Source: Desulfomonilia bacterium (GTDB lineage: Bacteria > Desulfobacterota > Desulfomonilia > UBA1062). Taken from it: 64,000 bases of DNA. Location of the stretch: positions 239,250-303,249 of the forward strand of contig CAXXDQ010000002.1 in NCBI GenBank assembly GCA_963664325.2, written 5' to 3'. The translations under genes and the position numbers were made by a program. Under the pieces are notes generated by a model. That model made no database searches. It was not told the DNA's origin and saw nothing but the letters and a program-made list of their open reading frames with translations. Below are positions 51,607 to 61,639 of the stretch, piece by piece (the first letter of the stretch is position 1; every line of letters starts with the position of its first letter).

Positions 51607-52399
51607 TTATCTGAGTATATTTTCTACATATGTCCGGGTGAGCTTTATGAATTCCTGAATGCCGAGTTCCTGGGGTCTGCGGGAAAAATCAATACCGGAT
51701 GATTTCTCAAGAAAGAGCAGCGTCCCGGGCGTTATTTCCGGAAGATTTAACAAAGAATTCCGAAGCATTTTACGTCTGGAATTAAAGGTGCAGAAAACAA
51801 CCTGTTTCAGGACAGCCAGGATTCGGGGGGGAAGGGGATCATTTTTTGGCAGAAGTTTTATTAGAATGGAATCGACCTTGGGCTTCGGGAAAAAGTTGCC
51901 TGGTTTAACAATGGGGCCGGCAAACGCGTCAAAGCACGATGCCATAAGCACGCTCAATGCCGAATAGAACTTTGTGCCGGGTTTGGCGCAGATACGCTCT
52001 CCGACCTCTTTTTGAACCATGACGGTTATTGAGGAAAAATGCCCTGGAAAATTCAGCAGGTTTGTGATTATCACTGTGGCAATGTTATAGGGAAGGTTGG
52101 CTATCAGGTGCGAACCTGCCGGGACAATGGATGTCATGTCACACTCAAGTATGTCGGCGTTAGAAATTTCTATATTCGGTTTGTCCCTGAAATTCCTTTT
52201 AAGGTCTTCTGCAAGTCGATTGTCCTTTTCAACAGCTGCGACCCTGCCCGCAATATCAGAGAGCTTTTTTGTCAGCGCCCCTTTCCCGGGGGCCTATCTC
52301 AAGTACCGTTTCGCCGTGTTCAAGACCTGAAAACAGGATGATTGTGTCAATGATATGGGTGTTTACAAGGAAATTCTGACCCAGTGAGCGCTTCGGCAT
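51607..52399 (-). pseudogene. rsmA: 16S rRNA m6,2A dimethyltransferase with a +1 frameshift (real, or a homopolymer error)
   Basis: ATG 52399 gives MPKRSLGQNFL...VLEIGP; an extra C (G5 run at 52288-52292 on +) follows; the next frame continues GKGALT...VEKD...ANLPYNI...F.PKPKVDS...RRKMLRN. Span is 793 nt = 3n+1. Confidence 0.88.
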
Positions 52400-53454
52400 T
52401 ACAGTTCGCTCCACCTCGATACGGCGTTCATGTCCAGACCGCCTGTGTCACCTTTTTCAAATAGTTTTATTGAGGCTATGCCGATCATGGCGGCGTTGTC
52501 GGTGCAGTATTTCTTATCGGGCAGCACCAGCCTCATACCTGCCTCTTCCGTGCGTTTCTTCAGTTCGTTCCTGAGCGCAGAGTTGCAGGCGACACCCCCG
52601 CTTACAACCACCAGGTTAGTATTGAAATCCATGGCAGCCTTCATCAGCCGGGTCACAAGTACATCGATTGCCGCCTCCTGGAAGGCAGCTGCGATCCTGG
52701 GCACAAGCTCTTCCTTTCCCGGCGCCGGGGTTCTTTTTGAAGGCAGTCCTGAGAAACTCAGGTCCATGCCCGGGAAGAGTTTCAAGTTCACGACCAGGTT
52801 GAGGACCGCCGTCTTGAGTCCTGAAAAACTGAAATCATAACCCGGTTCCTTCAGCATGGGTCTTGGCAGATCAAGGCCGTGGTCCGCTACACCGGCCGCC
52901 ATTTTTTCTATCACCACTCCGCCGGGATAGCCCAGGTTCAGCAGTTTGGCCACTTTGTCAAAGGCCTCTCCTGCGGCGTCGTCCATAGTCTGTCCTATTA
53001 GGGTGGTTTTCTCGGGCTCAAGGACTCGATAGATGGAAGTATGTCCGCCGGAAACAACCATGCCCATGTGGGGGTAGGAAAGCTCGCTGTCAATACGTAC
53101 GGCGGCAAGATGGCCGTCAAGATGATTTACGCCGGCAACCGGTATCTCAAGCCCGTAGGCCAGCGCCTTCGCATAGGAAATCCCGACAAGCAGGGCGCCT
53201 ACAAGTCCCGGTCCCTGAGTTACCGCTATGCCTCCCAGGTCGCCGAGTGTCATTCCTGCATCCTTAACTGCAGTTTCGACAACCGGTGAAATCAGCTCCA
53301 CATGCCTGCGGGCGGCTATTTCGGGAACGACGCCGCCGAACGCGGCATGATCCTTTATCTGTGATGCAACGATACTGGAGAGGATTTTCCCCTCTGTAGT
53401 CACGACCGCGGCCGCTGTTTCGTCGCAGGATGTCTCTATGGCCAGTATGTTCAC
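52399..53454 (-). CDS. tsaD: tRNA N6-adenosine threonylcarbamoyltransferase (GTG start)
   Basis: IETSCDET, GGVVPEIAARRH, NHLDGH, VSGGHT, DDAAGEAFDKVA, TDNAAMI. Confidence 0.95.
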   Translation of the reverse strand: MNILAIETSCDETAAAVVTTEGKILSSIVASQIKDHAAFGGVVPEIAARRHVELISPVVETAVKDAGMTLGDLGGIAVTQGPGLVGALLVGISYAKALAYGLEIPVAGVNHLDGHLAAVRIDSELSYPHMGMVVSGGHTSIYRVLEPEKTTLIGQTMDDAAGEAFDKVAKLLNLGYPGGVVIEKMAAGVADHGLDLPRPMLKEPGYDFSFSGLKTAVLNLVVNLKLFPGMDLSFSGLPSKRTPAPGKEELVPRIAAAFQEAAIDVLVTRLMKAAMDFNTNLVVVSGGVACNSALRNELKKRTEEAGMRLVLPDKKYCTDNAAMIGIASIKLFEKGDTGGLDMNAVSRWSEL

Positions 53455-53990
53455 TTTTGAAGGTCTTTCCTTGTAATGACGGTGAGAACCTTGCAGCCTT
53501 TTGCCTCGATCGCCTCTTTCCCGCCTTCCATGCGGTCAAATACGGCAATAACCGTGTCGACTGCAAAACCGTTTTCGCGCAGCCTGTCAATGGCCTTGAT
53601 GGCGCTGCCTCCCGTCGTTATGACGTCTTCAACGACGATAACCTTCTGCCCGGGGCTGACCGGGCCCTCCACCCAGTTCATGGTGCCGTGGGCCTTCTGC
53701 TCTTTCCGTACTACGATCGCGTTTATCCTCCGTCCTTTTTCAAGTGCTTTCATGGCGGCGGCAAGTGCAATCGGATCCGCTCCCATGGTCATTCCGCCTA
53801 TGGCATCGGCCTCGACTTTACCTATCATATCCGAAACGACCTCACCTATCAGCGTTGCGCCTTCGGGGTTTAACGTGACCTTTCTCAAGTCCACGTATAT
53901 GTCGGATTCTTTTCCTGAAGACAGGGTAAATTTTCCGAATTTTACCGCATCTCTGGCCACAAACTTTTTCAGTTCATCAAGTTTTGTCAT
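53451..53990 (-). CDS. pyrE: Orotate phosphoribosyltransferase
   Basis: FTLSSGKES..Y.D, RKEQK.HG, VEDVITTGGS. Confidence 0.93.
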   Translation of the reverse strand: MTKLDELKKFVARDAVKFGKFTLSSGKESDIYVDLRKVTLNPEGATLIGEVVSDMIGKVEADAIGGMTMGADPIALAAAMKALEKGRRINAIVVRKEQKAHGTMNWVEGPVSPGQKVIVVEDVITTGGSAIKAIDRLRENGFAVDTVIAVFDRMEGGKEAIEAKGCKVLTVITRKDLQK

Positions 53991-54169
53991 GAATATCCTC
54001 CATTTTCAGACGTCTCAAATATACTTATATCATCTTATTCTCAATTTAAACCTCATTTCCAAGAAAAACCTTGACAGAAAAGGTGGCGCAAAGGATACAA
54101 AACGGAATAAGTTCTGTGCGTTACTGCAAGCAGAAACAATCAATGCATGGACATTTTCAGGAGGGAAAA

Positions 54170-55297
54170 ATGAAGAAGCTTGTTTGGGTATCAATTTTCA
54201 TGACGGTATTGATTTTTACAGGGGTTTCATCTTCTTCGGCTGCCGAAGATATCAAGGTCGGCGCAATTTTGAGACTTTCACAGGGCGCGTCCGACGGGCT
54301 TCCGGCAAAAAGGGGTATTGAGATCGCGGTCAGGCAGATCAATGCCAAGGGCGGCATCAACGGGAAAAAGCTTGTGGTTATTTATGAAGACAGCAAGGAT
54401 TCCCCGCAGGCTGCAGTAGCTGCATACCAGAAACTCGTCTCTGTCGACAAATGCCAGGTCATAATCGGCCCCATGATGAGCGGCGAGGTTCTTGCCGTTG
54501 CACCTGTCGCCCAGAGGGACAAGATCGTTGTCATCACGCCAAATGGCACATCGCCGAAGATTTCTCAGGCGGGTGAGTATATCTATCGCGGCTGTACGAG
54601 CATTGACAAACAGGCCGAGGCCCTGACCAAATATGCAAAAGAAAAAATGAAGACGACATCGGTCGCGATCCTTTACAGCAACGAGCCTTACGGCAAGGGC
54701 TGCAACGAGCTGTTCACAAAGAATTTCACGGCCCTCGGCATTCCGGTCGTTATCTCCGAGAGCTTCATGGTGGGAGACCGTGATTTTTCTGCCCAGCTTA
54801 CCAAGGTCAAGCAGCAGAAATTCGACCTCCTGTTCATACCCGGTTACCTCCAGGAAACCGCGCCCGCTATAAAACAGGCCAGGCAGATGGGTATAACCGT
54901 CGCCTCAATGGGCGTGTTCGGCGACATGGCGCCGAAATATATTGAACTTGCAGGCAAGTCCGCCGACGGGCACGTCAATGCCAGCGAATATAACGAGGAC
55001 TACAACACGCCGGTGAACAAGAAGTTCAAGTCGGAATATTTCAAGATAGTCAAGGCTGACGCAAAAGAGCCCAACAACATCATGTTCGCCGCAATCACCT
55101 ACGATATGACCAGACTCGTAGCCGATGCCATTGCAAAAAAAGGCTACAATGCTGACGGGATAAGGGCTTACCTTGATACGGTTAAGGATTTTGACGGTGT
55201 CACAGGCAAGCTTAGCTTTGACAAGGACGGCGACGTGATCAAGCAGGGAGTTTACCTGTTCAAGGTTGAAAAAGGAAGGTACGTAAAGGTCGAGTAG
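54170..55297 (+). CDS. Liv-type ABC transporter substrate-binding protein
   Basis: Signal peptide, INAKGGINGK, F.GVTG.LSFD..GD; GGAGG SD before ATG 54170. Confidence 0.9.
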   Translation: MKKLVWVSIFMTVLIFTGVSSSSAAEDIKVGAILRLSQGASDGLPAKRGIEIAVRQINAKGGINGKKLVVIYEDSKDSPQAAVAAYQKLVSVDKCQVIIGPMMSGEVLAVAPVAQRDKIVVITPNGTSPKISQAGEYIYRGCTSIDKQAEALTKYAKEKMKTTSVAILYSNEPYGKGCNELFTKNFTALGIPVVISESFMVGDRDFSAQLTKVKQQKFDLLFIPGYLQETAPAIKQARQMGITVASMGVFGDMAPKYIELAGKSADGHVNASEYNEDYNTPVNKKFKSEYFKIVKADAKEPNNIMFAAITYDMTRLVADAIAKKGYNADGIRAYLDTVKDFDGVTGKLSFDKDGDVIKQGVYLFKVEKGRYVKVE

Positions 55298-55298
55298 G

Positions 55299-56156
55299 TT
55301 GCTCTTTCAGCAGATAATAAACGGCCTGGTGGCGGGAAGCGTTTATGCGCTTGTCGCCCTGGGCTACACCATGATCTTCGGCATTCTGGGCATAGTCAAT
55401 TTCGCCCAGGGAGAGATATACATGTTCGGGGCTTTCGGGGCGATTCTGACGCTCAAGGCAACCGGCAGCCTGACTCTGGCAATCCTTGCCGGTATTTTAT
55501 CGGCATGCATCGTGGGGCTTTTGCTCGAGCGTATCGCCTTCAGGCCGCTCAGGGGTCTGCACCCGCTTATTCCTCTAATCAGCGCAATAGGCGCATCAAT
55601 CTTTTTAAGCTCTCTCGCAAGGCTTCTGTTCGGGCCTGAAGACAGGCCGTTCCCGATAGATTTCGGTTTTGAAGGGTTCAATATATTTAATGCGCATGTG
55701 ACATGGCTGCAGCTTGTCATTATGGCGGTATCAGTCGTCATGATGATCGTGCTTTGGATGTTTATGAATATGACCAGGCATGGAAAAGCCGTCAGAGCCG
55801 TTGCAATGGACAGCGATGCGGCCAGGCTTTCCGGCATAAATGTAAACAGGGCCTATGTTATCGTCTTTCTCCTGGGCTCTGCTCTTTCCGGGGTCGCAGG
55901 GATTCTGATGGCTGCATATTATAATTCCACATCGCCCGGCATGGGCACCCTTCCAGGGTTAAAGGCGTTTTCCGCGGCCATACTGGGAGGGGTCGGTTCG
56001 ATTCCCGGGGCCATAATCGGAGCTCTGGTGCTCGGCATAGCCGAGAACCTTGGCGCCGCATACATATCGTCGAACTTTAAGGATGCATTCGCCTTCATCG
56101 TCCTTGTACTGGTGCTTGTAGCAAGGCCCAGGGGTATTCTGGGGTCAGGCAGATGA
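55299..56156 (+). CDS. livH: Liv-type ABC permease
   Basis: QQIINGL..GSVYALVALGYT..FGILGIVNFAQGE; LGGVGSIPGA. Confidence 0.85.
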   Translation: MLFQQIINGLVAGSVYALVALGYTMIFGILGIVNFAQGEIYMFGAFGAILTLKATGSLTLAILAGILSACIVGLLLERIAFRPLRGLHPLIPLISAIGASIFLSSLARLLFGPEDRPFPIDFGFEGFNIFNAHVTWLQLVIMAVSVVMMIVLWMFMNMTRHGKAVRAVAMDSDAARLSGINVNRAYVIVFLLGSALSGVAGILMAAYYNSTSPGMGTLPGLKAFSAAILGGVGSIPGAIIGALVLGIAENLGAAYISSNFKDAFAFIVLVLVLVARPRGILGSGR

Positions 56157-57019
56157 GCGTATACATATTCCATATCCTGGTCATGACCGGCATATTTGCC
56201 ATGCTTGCATTAAGCCTGAACATTCTTGCCGGTTTTGCGGGGCTCGTATCTCTCGGGCATGCGGCCTTTTTCGGGATCGGCGCCTATGTGAGCTCGCTCC
56301 TGATGATTAAAGGTCTGGGCTTTGTACCGGCCTTCATTTTATCTGGTGCAATCACCTCCGTGCTCGGGTTGACGCTTGCCATGCCCGCGCTCAGGGTCAA
56401 GGATGACTATCTCGCGATAGTCACACTCGGTTTCGGCATAATCATGGGGCAGGTCTTTTTAAACCTCGACATCACGGGCGGTGCTGACGGGCTTGTGGGA
56501 ATCCCGCCTGTAACCTTGTTCGGCAAGCCTCTTTACTCAAAGCCGGGGTTCCTCATGCTGGTCCTTGGAGTTCTCGCAATCATGATCACAAGCGCCTGGA
56601 CGCTCAAAAACTCTCGCATAGGCCGGGCCTGGGCCGCCGTCAGGGACAATGACACGACAGCCGCGTTCATGGGTATAAACGTCTATTACTACAAAACGCT
56701 TGCTTTCATTGTAAGCGCATTCTGGGCCGGGCTTGCCGGGAGCCTTTATGCACACTACACGGCATACATCAATCCCCATACCTTCGGCATGCACACTTCT
56801 ATCCAGGTTCTGTCAATGGCGGTGCTGGGAGGTCTGGGCAGTATTGCGGGCTCGCTTATCGGGGCGTTCATTCTTACTATACTGCCGGAGCTTCTAAGGA
56901 AGCTTGCCGATTACCAGGACATCTTTTATGGGGCCCTGCTTGTAGCGCTGATGGTTTTCAGGCCGCAGGGGATAATGGGCCGGGTCAAGATAACAGAAAT
57001 CTTCGGGAGAAAAGCCTAG
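56153..57019 (+). CDS. livM: Liv-type ABC permease
   Basis: SLGHAAFFGIGAY, DYLAIVTLGF, GRAW.AVRD, RPQG. Confidence 0.85.
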   Translation: MSVYIFHILVMTGIFAMLALSLNILAGFAGLVSLGHAAFFGIGAYVSSLLMIKGLGFVPAFILSGAITSVLGLTLAMPALRVKDDYLAIVTLGFGIIMGQVFLNLDITGGADGLVGIPPVTLFGKPLYSKPGFLMLVLGVLAIMITSAWTLKNSRIGRAWAAVRDNDTTAAFMGINVYYYKTLAFIVSAFWAGLAGSLYAHYTAYINPHTFGMHTSIQVLSMAVLGGLGSIAGSLIGAFILTILPELLRKLADYQDIFYGALLVALMVFRPQGIMGRVKITEIFGRKA

Positions 57020-57747
57020 TGCTTACGCTCAGAAACATTCATGCCCACTATGGCCGCATTCATGCCGTAAAGGGGGTCAGCATTCACCTCTCGGAAGGCG
57101 AAATCGTGGCATTGATAGGCGGGAACGGCGCAGGCAAGAGCAGTATCTTGAAATCGGTTTCAGGGCTTCTCAGGACCTTGTCGGGTGAAGTCCTTTTAGG
57201 TGAAGAAACAGTTACGGGAAAGTCGCCTGACAAAATCCTTAAAATGGGCATAGGCCACGTACCTGAAGGCAGGAGGCTCTTCAAGGGGCTATCTGTAAAG
57301 GATAACCTGATCCTGGGCGCCTATTGCCGAAACGACAGGAAAAAAATCGCCTCGGACATCGCGTCTATGGAAAGGCTCTTTCCCATCCTTGCAGACAGGC
57401 GCTCACAGATATCAGGCACGCTTTCCGGGGGAGAACAGCAGATGCTGGCCATAGCCAGGGCGCTTATGGCAAAGCCCAGGGTACTGCTGCTTGACGAGCC
57501 CTCAATGGGGCTTGCACCGATAATCACCTCCCAGATTTATGAACGGATCAGAAGGCTCAATTCGGAAGAGGGGTTGAGCATCCTCCTTGTAGAACAGAAC
57601 GCTTCGATGGCGCTCAATGTGGCGCACAGGGGCTATGTCATCGAGACCGGCCGTATAGTCATGGAAGGTACGACTGCGGAACTCAGGGACAGCAACGAGA
57701 TACAGAGGGCGTACCTGGGCAAGGGGTACAAAGAGGTCTGGGAATGA
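57019..57747 (+). CDS. livF: Liv-type ABC ATPase
   Basis: GGNGAGKS, VPEGR, LSGGEQQMLA, DEPSMGLAP, VEQN. Confidence 0.87.
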   Translation: MLTLRNIHAHYGRIHAVKGVSIHLSEGEIVALIGGNGAGKSSILKSVSGLLRTLSGEVLLGEETVTGKSPDKILKMGIGHVPEGRRLFKGLSVKDNLILGAYCRNDRKKIASDIASMERLFPILADRRSQISGTLSGGEQQMLAIARALMAKPRVLLLDEPSMGLAPIITSQIYERIRRLNSEEGLSILLVEQNASMALNVAHRGYVIETGRIVMEGTTAELRDSNEIQRAYLGKGYKEVWE

Positions 57748-58508
57748 TGCTGAAGGCTGAAAATTTAAGCAAGAGCTTCATGGGCATTCATGCATTGAAC
57801 CGGGTGAGCCTGGAGATTATGAAAGGCGAGATCCTGGGCGTCATAGGACCCAACGGTGCAGGCAAGACTACTCTTTTTAACGTATTGACAGGTTTGTTCC
57901 CACCTGATTCGGGCAGCATACATTTCGCGGGCAAAGACATAACTCGATTCAAACCGCACAGGCGCGTCGGACTGGGCATGACCAGGACTTTCCAGAACCT
58001 TGAGCTGTTCCGCGACATGAGCGTCCTGGAAAATGTCATGGTCGGAGGCCATCTGCAGCTCAGGACTGGATTCTGGGCCAGCATGGTGATGGCGCCCTGG
58101 AAAATAAAAGAAGAAAAAAGGCTTCAAAACAAAGCCCTGAAGCTCCTCGAAATCCTTGGCATCAGCCAGCGAGCGGGTGAACAAGCCATCAACCTGTCGT
58201 ACGGCGATCAGAGAAGGGTGGAAATCGCCCGTGCGCTCATATCGAGGCCACATGTCATGTTCCTTGACGAGCCTGCCGCCGGAATGAATCCCAGGGAAAC
58301 CGGAGAGCTCTCTTCCCTGATAATAAAACTGAAAAACGAGCTTGATCTGAGCATCGTTATAATCGAACATGATATGAACCTTATCATGGACATCTGCGAA
58401 CGGATCATAGTCATGGCTGAAGGAAGTCTGCTCGCAACAGGGGTACCGCAGGAAATAAGGAAGCATCCCAAGGTGCTGGACGCCTATCTTGGAGGGGAGG
58501 TCTTATGA
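57744..58508 (+). CDS. livG: Liv-type ABC ATPase
   Basis: GPNGAGKTT, RTFQN, LSYGDQRR.EIARAL, DEPAAGMN, EHDM. Confidence 0.87.
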   Translation: MMLKAENLSKSFMGIHALNRVSLEIMKGEILGVIGPNGAGKTTLFNVLTGLFPPDSGSIHFAGKDITRFKPHRRVGLGMTRTFQNLELFRDMSVLENVMVGGHLQLRTGFWASMVMAPWKIKEEKRLQNKALKLLEILGISQRAGEQAINLSYGDQRRVEIARALISRPHVMFLDEPAAGMNPRETGELSSLIIKLKNELDLSIVIIEHDMNLIMDICERIIVMAEGSLLATGVPQEIRKHPKVLDAYLGGEVL

Positions 58509-59785
58509 TGTTTGAGACAGGTTGTGAAACGATGAAGGCATCTGAACTGAGACAGGTTCAACTTGAACGGCTTCAGTCGACACTGAACCGGGCATACCTT
58601 AATGTGGCCCATTACAGGAGGTCCCTTGATGGGGCAGGCATTCTTCCGGAAGAGATAAAGTCGCTTGATGATATAAGGAAACTGCCGTTTACAACCCGGG
58701 CGGATATAGAAAAAGGGTATCCCTATGACATGTTCGCCGTTCCGCTGCGTGAAGTGGTGCGCATACATGCATCATCCGGCCAGGCGAGAAGGCCGATTGT
58801 TACCGGATACACAGCAGGAGACCTCAAGGCATGGGCGAGGCTCATGGCCAGGTTTCTTACAGGTACGGGCATAACAAGGGATGATGTAATTCAGATTTCA
58901 TTCAGATACGGGCTCATGACTGGCGGGTTCGGCTTTCATGCCGCAGCCGAGCTTCTTGGAGCATCCGTAATCCCGGCCGATATCGGAAATACGAACGAGC
59001 AGATTATCATCATGAGGGACTATCTGACTTCTGCACTTGCCTGCACGCCCGGTTATTCCCTTATCCTTCTGGACAGGCTGGACGAGCTTGGCATCAATCC
59101 TAAATCCTTGCGCCTGCGCCGTGCGATACTGGGAGCAGACAGACTGAGCCCTGCCGTCAGGTCAAAGATAGAGCAGGGGCTTGGTGTTGAAGTGTTCGAC
59201 AGCTACGGATCGAGCGTCGTGATGGGTCCGGGAATTGCCGGTGAATGCAGCGCGCATGAAGGGCTGCATGTATATGAGGATTTCTTTATTGCCGAGGTGA
59301 TCGATCCGGCCACAGGAAACACGCTCGGAGCCGGCGAAAAGGGTGAGCTTGTCATAACGACACTCATGAGGGAGGCTTTTCCCCTGATACGCTACCGCAC
59401 GGGTGATATTACGATGATTGAACCTGATGAATGCAAATGCGGAAGGACGCACATGAGGCTTGCCGGATTTTACGGCAGGACGGATGACACGGTAAAGGTA
59501 AAGGGGATCAGTATAGCGCCAAAGCGCATCAGGGAGATATTGATTTCACTGGGCATTGATAACAGGAGCCAGCTGCATATCTACCGTGACAGGGCGTATG
59601 AAAAGGCCGACATACTTCTCGAAGTCGGCGAAAAACTGTTTTTCGACGAAATGCGCACGCAGAAGACTTTTATGGAGAAACTGGAGAAGAAGTTCCATAC
59701 CGATCTGGGTATCCGGGTCGGTATAAAGATTGTTCCGGCGTCAGGGTTTAAGGGCGACGGAGCAGTAGTTGACGAAAGGAGCTGA
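58505..59785 (+). CDS. Phenylacetate-CoA ligase (PaaK)-like protein with degenerate active-site motifs
   Basis: LPFTT, YGLMTGG.G.H, GELVITTL, IRYRTGD, GRTDD; P-loop reads SSGQARRP. Confidence 0.82.
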   Translation: MMFETGCETMKASELRQVQLERLQSTLNRAYLNVAHYRRSLDGAGILPEEIKSLDDIRKLPFTTRADIEKGYPYDMFAVPLREVVRIHASSGQARRPIVTGYTAGDLKAWARLMARFLTGTGITRDDVIQISFRYGLMTGGFGFHAAAELLGASVIPADIGNTNEQIIIMRDYLTSALACTPGYSLILLDRLDELGINPKSLRLRRAILGADRLSPAVRSKIEQGLGVEVFDSYGSSVVMGPGIAGECSAHEGLHVYEDFFIAEVIDPATGNTLGAGEKGELVITTLMREAFPLIRYRTGDITMIEPDECKCGRTHMRLAGFYGRTDDTVKVKGISIAPKRIREILISLGIDNRSQLHIYRDRAYEKADILLEVGEKLFFDEMRTQKTFMEKLEKKFHTDLGIRVGIKIVPASGFKGDGAVVDERS

Positions 59786-59787
59786 GC

Positions 59788-60228
59788 ATGACCAGGGTTC
59801 CGATCTTGCTATGTGTTACGGCCTTTGTGACTGTGATTTTCCTTTCCCTTAGCTTTGCGGGATTTTCCAAGGATATTGAAACAAAAGCGGAAGAGGTGAA
59901 AAAGGAAACCGTCGAGACTCTTGAAAAAACGGGCAAAAAAGTCGAACAGGGTACTGTAAAGGCGGCAGAAGGTACGGAAAAAGGAATAGATAAAGCAGTA
60001 AAGCCTGTTGAAAAAGGCATGAAGAAGGCAGCAGACGCCACAGAGAAAGGAATGAAGAAGGCGGCTGTTGCAACAGAAAAAGGGGTTAAGAAGGCTGCTG
60101 TTGCCACTGAAAAAGGCGTAAAGAAAGCTGCTGACGCAACAGAAAAAGCTGTTGATAAGGCCGTTGATAAGACAAGGAAAGCATTAGACTCAGACAAGAC
60201 CGTAGAGCCGGCTGAAAATAAAAAATAA
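59788..60228 (+). CDS. Exported Lys/Ala/Glu-rich protein with 11-aa repeats
   Basis: Signal peptide, then KKAA(D/V)ATEKG(M/V) repeats (33-bp period). Confidence 0.75.
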   Translation: MTRVPILLCVTAFVTVIFLSLSFAGFSKDIETKAEEVKKETVETLEKTGKKVEQGTVKAAEGTEKGIDKAVKPVEKGMKKAADATEKGMKKAAVATEKGVKKAAVATEKGVKKAADATEKAVDKAVDKTRKALDSDKTVEPAENKK

Positions 60229-60253
60229 TATTTTTTTCATGTACCTGTTATGA

Positions 60254-61144
60254 TCAGTAAACCGTTCTGGCTATTTTTTCACCCATTCTGACCTTGGACG
60301 GGATGGATTTGGAAGCCATTTCAAGAATGTCGTCGTCAAATCTGATGACCCCTTTTTTAAATACGAGGACTATTGTCGAGCCTCCGAGGCCGAAATAACC
60401 TTTTTCTTCACCTTTGAACTTTTTCCCGGGATCGGGGCTGGTCCGGATCATGCGGCCCACATAAAGCGCGCCCACTTCAATCATCAGGAATTGCCCCAGC
60501 TTTTCATTGCTCAGGGTGCTTATATCCCTTACATTGACGTCGAACGGGCGATAGCCATGCTCCATCGCAATCGGGTTTACTGAAAAAAGCCTGACGCCCA
60601 GTTTCAGGCTTTTTTCGAGCGTGCAGTCGCACGGGAAATGGTACCTGTGATAGTCTGTGGGTGACAGGTATACTATGGCGATTGACCCGCCCATATATTC
60701 ACCGGCCAGTCGCGTATCCCTCAACAGGGAAGCAAGCGTGAAATTCTGGCCTTTGATTGTGAATGCCGGAACGCCGGATATGTCAGGGAAGATGCTCAGT
60801 ACGCCGTCCGCCGGGGACACAATGGCATCGTTGTCGGCACAGACCGGCCTTGCCTGGGGTTTGAGCCTGCGGTCAAAGAACTCGCTGAAAGATGAATATC
60901 GGTAGGCCGGTTTTTCGAATTCCGTTTCATTGAGATTATTTTCGGCTACGAAATCCAGCACCTTTTTCTTTGAAAACCGCGTGTAGTCTTTTAGCGCCAT
61001 CAGCGTGCTGAAAAGCGGCCATGTTGCTATTTTGCTCATTATAAACCGGGCTACCGGGTTTTTGTGTACGAATATTATGGCTTCGCTCCTGTAAAAACGA
61101 ACATCTTGAAGCTGTTTTGTATTTCTATCCCAGACCTTGTCCAT
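60254..61144 (-). CDS. psd: Phosphatidylserine decarboxylase proenzyme (GGST type)
   Basis: F.EFF.R.LKP..RP, SPADG, YLSPTDYHRYHFP, EVGA..VG, GGSTIV pyruvoyl cleavage site. Confidence 0.9.
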   Translation of the reverse strand: MDKVWDRNTKQLQDVRFYRSEAIIFVHKNPVARFIMSKIATWPLFSTLMALKDYTRFSKKKVLDFVAENNLNETEFEKPAYRYSSFSEFFDRRLKPQARPVCADNDAIVSPADGVLSIFPDISGVPAFTIKGQNFTLASLLRDTRLAGEYMGGSIAIVYLSPTDYHRYHFPCDCTLEKSLKLGVRLFSVNPIAMEHGYRPFDVNVRDISTLSNEKLGQFLMIEVGALYVGRMIRTSPDPGKKFKGEEKGYFGLGGSTIVLVFKKGVIRFDDDILEMASKSIPSKVRMGEKIARTVY

Positions 61145-61639
61145 TAAAGGCCTCCCGGCTTTTTATCTATCTTATAAAATGTTCATGTCAAGATGAGCAT
61201 ACACTTAATGATGTCCTTTTTGCGTATTCTCGATGTATGTGCAATAAGAAGTTTGCTCATGCTATTCTTGTCCGGCAGAATTTCTGTAACCCGTTCCGAT
61301 TAAAACATCCTTTACCAGTTGCGTGATACTTAAAGAGAAGTGCGCAATAAGCGTCGGCTAATGGCTTGACGAAAACATGAATATCCGGCCCTTGAACCGC
61401 CATGCTTTTTGAAACCGATACTTAGGAAAGGTATGGACAAGGATTCTTCCTCATGCCGGGAACGCAGAAGAAAGTTCTGATATTTATAGCACGGATATAG
61501 TTTTATACAGAAGGGACTCTTATCCCTCTGGCATTGGTCTTATGTGGACTTACAGACAGAATCAGGGCAAAAGAGTGCTTGTTTTTTAAAAGACCCTATT
61601 GTATAGGACACCAACTTAATCGGACAGGGGGTACGGAGG

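Noticed and set aside
53476-54321. 281-aa plus-strand ORF
   Set aside because: Antisense to pyrE and overlapping the binding-protein gene; a Ser-rich shadow translation.
61145-61639. Intergenic region before rpsA as an ncRNA or small ORF
   Set aside because: Divergent promoter and leader region; the short ORFs lack support and I recognised no known RNA motif.
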